Notes: generated by a model not told the origin, from the sequence alone. A DNA stretch of 60,354 nt from Clostridia bacterium (GCA_017516345.1 JAFXDC010000027.1:1-60354), one strand, 5' to 3'; shown: positions 21,421 through 30,970, counted from the first letter of the stretch. Made by a program: numbers and translations.

Positions 21421-21563
21421 ATTGCCCCTCCCTTTTGTCATGATCTTGCATCGTAGCCGACGCCTCTATATTTTACTATAAAACCTCAACTTTGTAAATC
21501 CCCATTGTAGGCTCAATTTTTATAAAATTTATTATATAACCCCATTTTTGACCGCAAAACGAT

Positions 21564-21592
21564 TTGACATATATAAGAAATAATGATAAAAT
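21564..21592 (+). promoter_or_regulatory. Sigma-A promoter of the isc operon
   Basis: TTGACA-N17-TAAAAT with an extended -10 TG. Confidence 0.75.
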
Positions 21593-21593
21593 C

Positions 21594-21618
21594 AAATCCT
21601 AGTAAAATACTAGTGTTT
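21594..21618. promoter_or_regulatory. Putative IscR/Rrf2 autoregulatory operator
   Basis: Palindrome CTAGTA-AAA-TACTAG (21599-21613) just downstream of the -10 element of an Rrf2 gene. Confidence 0.65.
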
Positions 21619-21655
21619 AAATCAGCAAAAAACAAAGAATAATAATGAGGATAAA

Positions 21656-22081
21656 ATGAAATTTACTACCAAGGCTCGCTACGGCTTAAGGGCGGCGTTC
21701 GTGTTGGCGCAAAATTGGGGCTCCCCCACCGCGCTGAAAGACATCGCATCAAGCCAACAGCTTGCGGAGAAATATCTTGAGCAGCTTCTCACCTCCCTTA
21801 AAAAGGCCGGCATCGTGGAGACCGTGCGCGGCTCTCAGGGGGGCTACTCACTGACCAAAAGGCCAAGCGAAATAACGGTAAATCAGGTTATAATCGCCCT
21901 TGAAGGGGATCTGGCAATTACCGACTGTCAGCGGGACGGAGTTGCCTGCACCGAGGAGAGCACCTGTGCCACAAAGAAAATATGGGCGCGCATAAGCAAC
22001 GCCGTAACAGAGGCTCTTCAAAGCGTTACCCTGCAGGATATGTTGGACGACTACTCCGATGCAAGTGCACAAAATAAGTAA
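21656..22081 (+). CDS. iscR: Rrf2-family regulator, IscR-like
   Basis: TTKARYGLRA, YLEQL, RGSQGGY; three C-terminal Cys; first gene before iscS and iscU. Confidence 0.85.
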   Translation: MKFTTKARYGLRAAFVLAQNWGSPTALKDIASSQQLAEKYLEQLLTSLKKAGIVETVRGSQGGYSLTKRPSEITVNQVIIALEGDLAITDCQRDGVACTEESTCATKKIWARISNAVTEALQSVTLQDMLDDYSDASAQNK

Positions 22082-22106
22082 AATTTCATCCGAAAGGAAG
22101 TTTAAT

Positions 22107-23267
22107 ATGAGAAAAGTTTATATGGATTACGCGGCTACCACATACGTTAAGCCCGAGGTCTTGTCCGAAATGCTCCCTTACTACGGCTCCATCTACGGCA
22201 ATGCACACAGCGTGCACTCCTACGGCAGAGAGGCTGCCAAGGCAATGGAGCTTGCAAGAAGCAGAGTGGCAAATGCCATCGGCGCGCTTGATCGGGAGAT
22301 CTTCTTTACCTCGGGCGGCACCGAAAGCGACAACTGGGCCATCCGCGGTGTGGTAAGTGCAAGCAAAAAGGGCAAGCACATCATCACCTCACAGATAGAG
22401 CATCACGCGGTGCTCCACACCTGCGAGCAGCTCCAAAAGGAGGGCTACGAGGTCACATATCTGCCTGTGGACGAATACGGCACGGTATCCCTGGACGCTC
22501 TTAAGGCCGCCATTCGCCCCGATACCGCTCTTATCAGCATCATGTTTGCCAATAATGAGATCGGCACGATTCAGCCCATTGCACAGATCGGTAAGATCGC
22601 CAAGGAAAACAACATCGTCTTCCACACCGATGCGGTGCAGGCCATAGGCCACGAGCCCATCGACGTAAACGAGATGAATATTGATCTCCTCAGCATCAGC
22701 GCCCACAAGATACACGGCCCCAAGGGCATCGGTGCCCTGTACGTTCGTAAGGGAGTAAGAATAAACAACCTTATGTACGGCGGCGCTCAGGAGCGCGGCA
22801 AGCGCCCCGGCACCGACAACACCCCCCTGGCGGTGGGCTTCGGAAAGGCAATAGAGCTTGCCTGCACCGACCTTGAGGCGCGCAATATGGCTCTTACCGA
22901 AAAGCGCTACCAAATACTTAACGGCGTCATGTCCCGCATCAGCAACGTACGCCTTAACGGTCACCCCATCAACCGTCTTCCCGGCAACCTTAACTTCAGC
23001 TTCTCCTTCATCGAGGGCGAAGCACTGCTGTTGAGTCTTGATCTTAAGGGCATCGCGGCATCAAGCGGCTCTGCCTGCACCAGCGGAAGCCTCGATCCCT
23101 CCCACGTTCTGCTTGCCATCGGCCTCCCTCACGAGGTGGCACACGGCTCGCTCAGGGTCACCATCGGCGACGACACCACTCAGGAGGAGATCGACTACTT
23201 CCTACGCGAGCTTCCCCCCATCATAGAGCGCCTTCGCGCCATGAGTCCCCTCACTGTTGAGGATTAA
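22107..23267 (+). CDS. iscS: Cysteine desulfurase IscS/NifS
   Basis: YMDYAATT, FTSGGTES, HTDAVQA, SAHKIHGPKG (PLP Lys), SSGSACTS; start at ATG 22107 after GAAAGGAAG. Confidence 0.97.
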   Translation: MRKVYMDYAATTYVKPEVLSEMLPYYGSIYGNAHSVHSYGREAAKAMELARSRVANAIGALDREIFFTSGGTESDNWAIRGVVSASKKGKHIITSQIEHHAVLHTCEQLQKEGYEVTYLPVDEYGTVSLDALKAAIRPDTALISIMFANNEIGTIQPIAQIGKIAKENNIVFHTDAVQAIGHEPIDVNEMNIDLLSISAHKIHGPKGIGALYVRKGVRINNLMYGGAQERGKRPGTDNTPLAVGFGKAIELACTDLEARNMALTEKRYQILNGVMSRISNVRLNGHPINRLPGNLNFSFSFIEGEALLLSLDLKGIAASSGSACTSGSLDPSHVLLAIGLPHEVAHGSLRVTIGDDTTQEEIDYFLRELPPIIERLRAMSPLTVED

Positions 23268-23291
23268 TCTAAAGAAACGGAGAAAAAATAT

Positions 23292-23675
23292 ATGTATAGC
23301 GAAAAAGTAATGGATCACTTCAGTAACCCCCGAAACGTAGGCGAAATAGAGAATCCCAGCGGCGTAGGCACGGTGGGAAATGCCAAATGCGGCGATATCA
23401 TGAAGATATTCCTTGATATCGATAACGGTGTCATCCGCGACGTTAAATTCAAGACCTTCGGCTGCGGCGCCGCCATCGCAACAAGCTCCATGGCAACCGA
23501 GATGATAAAGGGCAAGACCCTCAAGGAGGCCCTTAAGCTTACCAATAAGGCTGTCGCCGAGGCTCTCGACGGTCTCCCGGAGGTAAAAATGCACTGCTCC
23601 CTGCTTGCAGAGGAGGCGGTCAAGGCGGCTATTGAGGATTATATTGCAAAAAATCCCGACGCGCCTATGGAGTAA
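23292..23675 (+). CDS. iscU: Fe-S cluster scaffold IscU/NifU
   Basis: YSEKVMDHF.NPRNVG, CGD, FKTFGCG and KMHCS motifs. Confidence 0.97.
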   Translation: MYSEKVMDHFSNPRNVGEIENPSGVGTVGNAKCGDIMKIFLDIDNGVIRDVKFKTFGCGAAIATSSMATEMIKGKTLKEALKLTNKAVAEALDGLPEVKMHCSLLAEEAVKAAIEDYIAKNPDAPME

Positions 23676-23749
23676 GCGCGGCAATACCACAATATGTAGT
23701 ATGCCTGCAAGACTTTAGCTTAAATTTTTACAAAAGATTCAAATATGCA

Positions 23750-23778
23750 TTGACATAATAAGCAAAAATGCGTATAAT
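23750..23778 (+). promoter_or_regulatory. Sigma-A promoter of rpmE
   Basis: Perfect TTGACA-N17-TATAAT. Confidence 0.85.
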
Positions 23779-23842
23779 ATCTACGATTTGAAAAAAATAA
23801 GGGGCATAGCCCTTTCCCAAATACGGAATTGAGGTGAACACA

Positions 23843-24040
23843 ATGAAGGAAGGTATACATCCTAAATATCAGAAGGCCATCGTAAAGTGCGCTTGCGGCG
23901 AGACCTTTGAGACCGGCTCTGTAAAAAGCGAGCTCAAGGTTGAAATTTGCTCCAAGTGCCATCCGTTCTATACCGGCAAGCAGAAGCTTGTTGATACCGG
24001 CGGACGCGTTGACAAGTTCAAAAAGAGATACGGCATGTAA
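23843..24040 (+). CDS. rpmE: 50S ribosomal protein L31 (zinc-binding type A)
   Basis: [30 protein letters not shown]; GAGGTG RBS. Confidence 0.97.
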   Translation: MKEGIHPKYQKAIVKCACGETFETGSVKSELKVEICSKCHPFYTGKQKLVDTGGRVDKFKKRYGM

Positions 24041-24090
24041 TGTTTGCCTCACTGCCCGCTTTTTCAGGGCGGGACAAGTATCGAAAAACC

Positions 24091-24180
24091 AAAGGACTGC
24101 TTATGCAGTCCTTTTTTCTTTCCGTTACAGCACCGTCAAAGGCTTTAATAGCACAAAAAGGCAGAAGCTTCTGCCTTTTT
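24091..24180. terminator. Two terminator hairpins between the convergent rpmE and GH38 genes
   Basis: AAAGGACTGC-TTAT-GCAGTCCTTTTTT (24091-24117) and the palindrome AAAAAGGCAGAAGCTTCTGCCTTTTT (24155-24180). Confidence 0.8.
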
Positions 24181-24199
24181 GTTATTATACGCTTTATTT

Positions 24200-26692
24200 T
24201 CAGATATCCAACAGCTTGGTTTGTTTTATCTCTCCGTCCTTATAAAGCAAGCTTACCACCTGCATGGGTCTGAGAGATACCTCAGTCGAGCAATCGGGCA
24301 ACACCACGGTCGACGCGCTCTCTTCATCACAGGAGTTAAACAGGCGCAAAATGTATCCGCCATCCTTAGCGGGTTTCACCGTAGTAAGCGACGCCGTGCC
24401 CTCCACCTTAACAAAGCTCTTGGTGGGCTCACCCTTTGCCTCGGGATAAATGTTAAGCGCAAAGGGAGGTGTGTTTATAAGCTCGGCAATTCTGTCCGCC
24501 TCCCGACGCACCGTTTTGCCCTCTCCTGCATAAAGGGTAAAGGTATAGTTGTGCTCTCCCATATCTCCGCGAGTCGAGAAGCGATCCTGCGGAACAAGGA
24601 TATCTCCCCCAACATGAGAGCAATATGCGCAAGCGCGCATCAAGGTCTGCCCAAGCACTCCGTTTTCCAAGCTACAGCTGAAGCATCCGTCGTTTGCAAG
24701 CAGTACGGAATCATCACCTTCAGCCACACTTATCCAGGAAAGCGCAACCGCCTCCTTGCCGTCATTTATCTGATCCTCCACACCGTATGCAATACGGGCA
24801 TCAAAACGGCCATCCCGAAGCACCGTGGGAACCTCAAGCTTGTATAAAACATCGCGATGTGCATTGAATAGTCTGACCTTGATATCCACCTTTGCATCTA
24901 CGGCGGATACATAATATCTTACCACTGCCCACGACTCCTCCCAAACGTATACGCCCTCTATTACGGTTCTGACCTCTCCGCTCTCTATTATACGGAGCGC
25001 AGGTATCTCCTTTGCCTTGATGCCCGCTATACGCGATGCAGTGGAATCTGTCGCAAGTATAAATTCACCCTGAAGATTATCCATCTTTCTGTTGAAAAAG
25101 CCCCAGGAATCCTCATTGTCCTTATATACACAAATTCTTATGCCGTCCTTAAGATACTCCTTGCCGTCCACCTTGTATGAGCATATTCTGCCGTGATTAT
25201 CAAAGCGCACCGATATTCTGTCATTTTTAAAGGTTCTGTCTTCAGGCATGTCGGGGTTCTTGGGCTTTTCTCCACCGCTAGTGTAGCAGGAGAAGCGGGC
25301 GACCGTCATGGGCTCAAGATGCGCACGGAAAACGATACGCTTGCGCCAGTCAAACGGAATATTGCTGTCCTCCTTTTCAAGCTGAACGGTAAGCTGCTTT
25401 TCGCCGTCGTATATGGTGGGAAGCTGCCAGCCCTTTCCGTCGCTCTCGTAATACAGCATAAATTCCGTGGTTATATCGGTATCAAGCGCATAGGGATAAG
25501 GGTTATACACCACAATGGGATACTCCCGTTCCCTTACCTTGTCAAGATGTCGGGTCAGGGCAAAGAAGGCCTCGTTATAAAGCTCGGAAAGGCTCTGAAG
25601 CGCCCTGCCAAGCAGATCTATAGAGTCGTTTATTGCATCCTCAATGGCTCCTCCGGACAGAATATCGTGGAACTGTGCAAGCATTATGTCCTCCATAATC
25701 CTGTCAAGCTTCTCCTGCGGATATTCCATCTTGCCCTCTGATGCCGCGTGAGAGCAAATACGCTCGGTAATATAGTACCGACTCTCCGCCTTACGGTATT
25801 TCTTTTTGATCCTACTCATGCTTGAATAGGTGCCCATCATACATCTGCCAAGAGTGGAGTTTATTTCTACGTGCTTGAATTGGTCGCTTGCAACGGTGAA
25901 ATACTGCTCGGGGTAGGAGTGGAGCATCTCAACATCATTATTACTTGCCTTGTAGCGGTTAATATCGGCTATATCCTTTCTGGACGGGCCGCCACCGTGG
26001 TTCCCCACTCCCCAAAGCACCATTCTGCAATCCCCCACTATCTCACCGTGAGCGGTGGAACGAATGTCAGTCTGAACCTCAACCTCGGCGTCCTTGGCGG
26101 GGTCATCTATGTAGGTCTTTATTTTATCCATGGCATGTCCCGTTCCGGAAGCATACATAGAGTTGCTTCTATGCACCTTGATGCTTGTGCCGTCAAAGCC
26201 GTTCCACGTAAAGTCCTCACGTCCCTGCGTGTCCATATCCCATGGCAAGGGACGGCAGATGAGATATCCGTCAAAGCCCGCAAGCCTTAAAAGCTGAACA
26301 AGCCCCTTGGGATGTCCAAACGGATCGAAATTCATCGCCACCTTGGGTCTTACGTCGAATTTTTCCTTAAAATATCTTCCACCGACCTCCATTTGACGAA
26401 CGAAGGATTCTCCGCTGATAACGTTACAATCGGGCTGCAGATACCAGCCACCCATAATGCGCCATTTGCCCTTTTTCACAAGGGCTTTTATTCTTTCAAA
26501 GAGCTCGGGCTCGTATTGCTCCACCCATTTATAGAGGATCACCTCATTATGGCAGAAAATGAAATCATCAAACTCCTCGCAAAGGTCTGCTGCGGTGCGA
26601 AAGGTAGAAAGCGCACACGCAACCCCCTCCTGCCATTGCCATTGCCACACCGGGTCCAAATGTGCATTACAAATTAAAAAAACCTTTTTCAT
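24200..26692 (-). CDS. Glycoside hydrolase family 38 (alpha-mannosidase-like), cytoplasmic
   Basis: NAHLDPVWQW, GGWYLQPD, ESFVRQ, DPFGH, GVGNHGGGP and QFHDIL motifs; start at ATG 26692 after AAGGGG. Confidence 0.92.
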   Translation of the reverse strand: MKKVFLICNAHLDPVWQWQWQEGVACALSTFRTAADLCEEFDDFIFCHNEVILYKWVEQYEPELFERIKALVKKGKWRIMGGWYLQPDCNVISGESFVRQMEVGGRYFKEKFDVRPKVAMNFDPFGHPKGLVQLLRLAGFDGYLICRPLPWDMDTQGREDFTWNGFDGTSIKVHRSNSMYASGTGHAMDKIKTYIDDPAKDAEVEVQTDIRSTAHGEIVGDCRMVLWGVGNHGGGPSRKDIADINRYKASNNDVEMLHSYPEQYFTVASDQFKHVEINSTLGRCMMGTYSSMSRIKKKYRKAESRYYITERICSHAASEGKMEYPQEKLDRIMEDIMLAQFHDILSGGAIEDAINDSIDLLGRALQSLSELYNEAFFALTRHLDKVREREYPIVVYNPYPYALDTDITTEFMLYYESDGKGWQLPTIYDGEKQLTVQLEKEDSNIPFDWRKRIVFRAHLEPMTVARFSCYTSGGEKPKNPDMPEDRTFKNDRISVRFDNHGRICSYKVDGKEYLKDGIRICVYKDNEDSWGFFNRKMDNLQGEFILATDSTASRIAGIKAKEIPALRIIESGEVRTVIEGVYVWEESWAVVRYYVSAVDAKVDIKVRLFNAHRDVLYKLEVPTVLRDGRFDARIAYGVEDQINDGKEAVALSWISVAEGDDSVLLANDGCFSCSLENGVLGQTLMRACAYCSHVGGDILVPQDRFSTRGDMGEHNYTFTLYAGEGKTVRREADRIAELINTPPFALNIYPEAKGEPTKSFVKVEGTASLTTVKPAKDGGYILRLFNSCDEESASTVVLPDCSTEVSLRPMQVVSLLYKDGEIKQTKLLDI

Positions 26693-26802
26693 AGTATATC
26701 CCCTTTTAACTGTTAAGTTTAAATAAGATATTCCAATTATAGCATCCTGATTTTTCAAAATCAATACGAAATACGGACATAATGGTGTTTAAAAATCACA
26801 AT

Positions 26803-26835
26803 AAAAAAGCCGCGGTTCGCATTAAACCGTGGCTT
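26803..26835 (-). terminator. Terminator downstream of the Nim-like remnant
   Basis: GCCGCGGTT-N7-AACCGTGGC with A6 on the left (T6 on minus). Confidence 0.65.
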
Positions 26836-26879
26836 CCGTTTTATATTGTTTACTTGATAAACCTACTGAATTATTTACT

Positions 26880-27182
26880 TTAAGCCTCATTAACTATTTT
26901 CCCTGTGATATGCTCAGGTTTAAGCTCATAGCATAATGTTGCTTTTGCCAGCTTCTTTATTTCGGAATCGATATAGTCTATATCTGATGTGAATTTAAGA
27001 CTCAGCTTGCGATATGTTTCAATTGCTTTTTCCGAATCTTCAACAACACGCAATATACCCAATACAATTACACTGCTGATATTCAGCGCCCATTCTCCGT
27101 CGTTTTTGAAGCCCTCATCATATACACAAAACGAAACCCTATCGTTAGATGATATTGCGTCTATCTTGTGTCTTTTTTTACC
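26880..27182 (-). pseudogene. 5'-truncated pyridoxamine 5'-phosphate oxidase-like / Nim-family flavin-binding protein
   Basis: My translation of the open frame reads GKKRHKIDAISSNDRVSFCVYDEGFKNDGEWALNISSVIVLG...PEHITGKIVNEA; an in-frame TAA lies at 27183-27185 and there is no ATG, so the N-terminal third is missing. Confidence 0.75.
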
Positions 27183-27308
27183 TTATCACTTAGTTGTATA
27201 TTTGAGCTTGTATGGGACCGCCAAAAGGCAAGATCCGTCTGTCTGCTTAAAAGCTCCGCCGAGGCTATCCTTTAAGGCGCCTATGCAGCGGCTTTTTATG
27301 CCGATATC

Positions 27309-27800
27309 TTAGGCAAACTCCTCGCATTCATATGAGAAGAAGTCTGTTATGCTGGAGGTCTTTCCTCCGTCAAAGGTAACCGTGAGCTTGTTGATGAAGG
27401 GATATATCTCCCACTCCTCGAAGCTGCCGCTTACCTCAAGCAGAACAATATACTCCACTCCGTCAACCGTAAGCTTATCCTTGTCGGTTATAAGGTTAAA
27501 CTCCTTGTCCTCACCGCTTATTTTTACCTCCTCGTATTCAAAGCCTACGATTGCGGGATAGCTGTAGGACTCTGCATACTTATAGCCAAATACCACCTTG
27601 TCGGCAGATGCGCTTACTACGTCGCGCACAAGCTCAAGGCTGGCAAGGTCCTGGAAGGGAGTGTTGGGAAGGGTTGCCACAGGCTTCTGAGTTGGAGTAG
27701 CCTCTGTGGACGCCTCGGGGGTGATGCCCTCGGGCACGGTGCACGCCGTCATTGCAAGGGCAAAAACGGCAATAAGAGCAAATATAATAAGCTTTTTCAT
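27309..27800 (-). CDS. Hypothetical lipoprotein
   Basis: Signal peptide ending in lipobox-like LAMTAC, P/T linker; AAGGAG RBS. Confidence 0.8.
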   Translation of the reverse strand: MKKLIIFALIAVFALAMTACTVPEGITPEASTEATPTQKPVATLPNTPFQDLASLELVRDVVSASADKVVFGYKYAESYSYPAIVGFEYEEVKISGEDKEFNLITDKDKLTVDGVEYIVLLEVSGSFEEWEIYPFINKLTVTFDGGKTSSITDFFSYECEEFA

Positions 27801-27880
27801 TTGTGTATCTCCTTTAGTCTTGGTTTTATATTATTATATCCTATAATCCCAATGCAGTCAAATGAACAAAGCATTAATAA

Positions 27881-28210
27881 TTATATCAGTTCCACCCTAA
27901 TGGGCTTGTTGATCTTTTTGCAATGCTTTATCACAAACTCAGTGCCCTTGCTCTTTCCGTCCCAAAACGCAATGACAAGGTCCGCCGCTTCAATTATCTC
28001 CACGTTTCTCTTTATGGGCGCCGCCCTGCCATAAGATTTATAATCGGGAAGTATCTCTATAAGCTTGATGCCGTGCTTATGCGCATACCTTGCGGCACAC
28101 CTGTCCATGCCGACGGCGCCCCCCGAAATTATGGTATCCACCCCCTCGGGCAGATAATCCTCGAGATTAAAGATCTCACGTGTTCTTGAACCAACTATAG
28201 CTACCTTCAT
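27881..28210 (-). CDS. Small SLOG-superfamily protein (DUF2493/YspA-related)
   Basis: VAIVGSR, ISGGA.G.D, GRAAP.KRN and AFWDGKSKGT motifs. Confidence 0.85.
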   Translation of the reverse strand: MKVAIVGSRTREIFNLEDYLPEGVDTIISGGAVGMDRCAARYAHKHGIKLIEILPDYKSYGRAAPIKRNVEIIEAADLVIAFWDGKSKGTEFVIKHCKKINKPIRVELI

Positions 28211-28279
28211 GCTCTTCTCCTTAATGCAATCTGATTTCTTATTCTATTATATCACAATTCACATTTTTGTGCACATTTT

Positions 28280-29035
28280 TTACTGATTTTTTCGCTGAAT
28301 TCCGTTATTATCTACGTAATAATCCTCCTTATATATAAGCTCGGACACCGAAACCACCTCAAAGCCCTGTTTTTTGAGATTTTCCAGTATCCTTGGCAGG
28401 GCATCAAGGATGTGGGCAGAGTTATTGTGCATCAAAATAATGTCCCCGCACTTGACACCTTTGGTGCAACGGGACACTATTTCCTCGGTGGATATCTCCT
28501 TCCAGTCAAGGGAGTCAATGGACCATTGTACGCAATGCATCCCAAGCCCGTTTACCGCCTCCACCGTGGCGTCGTCGTAATCCCCAAAGGGAGGTCTGAA
28601 CACCGTCGGAGTCTTGCCGGTAAGCTTATGTATCGCATCGTTAACGCTCCTGAGCTCAAGCTCCTTTTGCTTTTTTGTAAGCTTGCTCATTCTTGGATGA
28701 TTCGCCGAATGATTCCCCACCTCGTAGCCTCTTTGGGATATCTCCCTTACAAGCTCGGGATACTTTTCCACCCAAAAGCCCACAAGGAAAAAGGTGGCTC
28801 CCGCACCGTTGGTATCCAATATGTCCATAATGGATGCCGTCTTATCCGCACCCCACGCCGCATCAAAGCTTATAGCCACTCTTTTTTTGTCCGTATCCAC
28901 ACTGTATATGGGCTTTTTGCCCTTGACCGCCGAAGCCGTTATGTCCCTTGGAGGATATAATACCACACAAAACAACACGAGCAGGCAGGTAAGCACCGCC
29001 ACGATACCCGATCTCCTAAAAAATACCGCCTTCAT
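28280..29035 (-). CDS. pdaB: Polysaccharide deacetylase, sporulation PdaB-like (CE4)
   Basis: N-terminal TM, ISFDAAWG, ATFF..G.W, GNHS..HP, FRPP.G, WSIDSLDW and IILMH motifs. Confidence 0.82.
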   Translation of the reverse strand: MKAVFFRRSGIVAVLTCLLVLFCVVLYPPRDITASAVKGKKPIYSVDTDKKRVAISFDAAWGADKTASIMDILDTNGAGATFFLVGFWVEKYPELVREISQRGYEVGNHSANHPRMSKLTKKQKELELRSVNDAIHKLTGKTPTVFRPPFGDYDDATVEAVNGLGMHCVQWSIDSLDWKEISTEEIVSRCTKGVKCGDIILMHNNSAHILDALPRILENLKKQGFEVVSVSELIYKEDYYVDNNGIQRKNQ

Positions 29036-29061
29036 TTTTCATTCCTCTTTCATTTTTTTAA

Positions 29062-29090
29062 AGCATATGTCCCTCGCCTTTACTTTATTC
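29062..29090 (-). promoter_or_regulatory. Possible sigma-E promoter of the pdaB-like gene
   Basis: GAATAAA-N14-CATATGCT on the minus strand. Confidence 0.5.
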
Positions 29091-29163
29091 ACGCTAAAGA
29101 AAAACTGCACAATTAAATTTACCCAATTTTTATCGGATTTCCTTGGCACATAATGTTGACTGT

Positions 29164-29242
29164 TGACATTTTGTCACATATAATATCATTGTAGGGCGAA
29201 AAAGCCAATTTTTTTGCCCTTTAGTGTGACATTTCGTCACAT
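29164..29242. promoter_or_regulatory. Pair of 16-bp semi-palindromic operator-like sites
   Basis: TGACATTTTGTCACAT (29164-29179) and TGACATTTCGTCACAT (29227-29242). Confidence 0.55.
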
Positions 29243-29305
29243 TTAGCATTAAATGTTGACCTATGCACCACAAAATGAATACTATTTAAGTAAAGGAATG
29301 ATCTT

Positions 29306-29821
29306 ATGATAAAAACCAACGACTCAAACTGCTATACCATCCAACAGCTTCGCAACGCAGAGGAATTTCTTACCGAGCTTGACGAGGTCTACTACTCACT
29401 TGTAAAGCTTGACCGCGAATATAAAGCTCTGTTACTTACCACAGGCCCCGAGGGATATCCCGACCACAGCACCGAGCGTCCCGGGATAAGCAAACGATGC
29501 AGCCTCAGCGCCGAGCAATTATTCTGCCGTATGGAGCTTTTAAAAAGCAAATACGATTCTCTTAAGGTCACTCTTCAGGCATTAAAAAAGGATCTCGCCC
29601 GCATACGGGGCACAAAGGAGTTCCATCTGCTTTATTTCCGCTTTAAAAAGGGCTACAGCGTGCTTGAAACCGCAGAGAAAATGGGAAGCTCGCTAAGAAA
29701 CTACTATCGCATACGCAAGCGCGCTCTTATTCCGGTTTGCGATTCTCTTTGCAAGACCGAGCTTGGCAGAAGGATATTGGAGCAGGGTAGCAAGGTGGCA
29801 AAGCATACCTACTTTAAGTAA
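29306..29821 (+). CDS. Hypothetical regulator with C-terminal sigma-70 region-4-like HTH (RinA/ArpU-like)
   Basis: Coiled N-terminus, then LL.FRF.KG.S..ETAEKMG.S.R.YYRIRKRAL; AAAGGA RBS. Confidence 0.65.
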   Translation: MIKTNDSNCYTIQQLRNAEEFLTELDEVYYSLVKLDREYKALLLTTGPEGYPDHSTERPGISKRCSLSAEQLFCRMELLKSKYDSLKVTLQALKKDLARIRGTKEFHLLYFRFKKGYSVLETAEKMGSSLRNYYRIRKRALIPVCDSLCKTELGRRILEQGSKVAKHTYFK

Positions 29822-29913
29822 CGCCCTTGGCCCGCCGCGCGACTTCCGCCCTCGCTTGCGCTCGACTTCCGCCGCGGCAGCCCCGCGGGCGTTATCTGTA
29901 AAAATGCAGCAAC

Positions 29914-29941
29914 AAAAAAGCACGCCTTAAAGCGTGCTTTT
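29914..29941. terminator. Bidirectional terminator
   Basis: AAAAAAGCACGC-N6-GCGTGCTTTT. Confidence 0.8.
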
Positions 29942-29956
29942 AATATCTATTAAGCC

Positions 29957-30790
29957 TTATCCGACTATATCCTCAATACCCTCCCCTGCAAGGTAGCGGT
30001 TTTTTATAAACGAGAGATCCTCCGGTAGGTTTTCGCCACCATCGTAGATACTGCCGATATTGTCTATATAATCAACAAGATCCTTTATATCCTTATTAAT
30101 CACGTCAATATCCACTCCGCTTTCCTTGCGGGCGTCGAATACTTCCATCATTTCTCCTTCCATAGCGAAGAGTCTTATTCCATCTTCCATAATGGACAGA
30201 TCCCTGACATATATGGGCGATACTACGTCATCCGGTGAAGTATACTTATCATTAAGAAATTTTTTAAAATCTTCCAGTTCCTTTTCTTTGATCGGAATGT
30301 TGTCCTTTAAGCATTGGAGTCTATAACGGTATTGCTCATACAGAGCTTCACCCGTTGCAATGCTTTGAGCGTAATCTCTGTAAGCAAGCATTTCGGCGGT
30401 TCTTTGCATAAACTCCTCGTCCTTCATGGCTTCTTCCCAAGGAACCGTTTTCAAGGTTTCCTCGATATCCTTATACTCCTCAAGCTTTGCCATTACTTGG
30501 GCATGATTCATTTTTTTCATTTCTTCCGAAGCGTTAAGATAGGCTTGCATATCGGTTTCTGTCATTTCTTTTTTCTTCAAGACCTCAAGTAATACCTTAC
30601 CCGCCTCGGAGTCGGGTGATATTTTGAAATTATCCAACACCGCTTGAATACGCGCTTCTTTTTCCGCTGCTTTGGCGGCGGCCTGAGCCTGAGCATTCTT
30701 ATTTGCCGCATCTACCGCAAAGCCTACTATGGTTCCTGCAAGTAACACCACTGCCGTTATCAATGCCACTATTAACAGTTTCTTTTTCAT
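29957..30790 (-). CDS. Hypothetical secreted/N-anchored helical protein, AT-richer than its neighbours
   Basis: MKKK plus hydrophobic signal, K/E-rich helical body; AAAGGA RBS. Confidence 0.8.
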   Translation of the reverse strand: MKKKLLIVALITAVVLLAGTIVGFAVDAANKNAQAQAAAKAAEKEARIQAVLDNFKISPDSEAGKVLLEVLKKKEMTETDMQAYLNASEEMKKMNHAQVMAKLEEYKDIEETLKTVPWEEAMKDEEFMQRTAEMLAYRDYAQSIATGEALYEQYRYRLQCLKDNIPIKEKELEDFKKFLNDKYTSPDDVVSPIYVRDLSIMEDGIRLFAMEGEMMEVFDARKESGVDIDVINKDIKDLVDYIDNIGSIYDGGENLPEDLSFIKNRYLAGEGIEDIVG

Positions 30791-30970
30791 AATATCATCC
30801 TTTCCTTTAAAATATCGGCTTGATATGCTATCAGCTCACCTATATTATAATATATTAAAAATACCCATGTCAATAGGGCAAATGCGGAATTTTTGTAAAA
30901 TAGTTGTAAAATAGTTGTAAGATCCTAGGTGTTTTACATTGCAGAACAACATCAAGGAAATAACTAAATG

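Noticed and set aside
26765-30900. Prophage or integrative element
   Set aside because: No integrase, transposase, structural genes or flanking att repeats are visible, and a core-like pdaB gene sits in the middle
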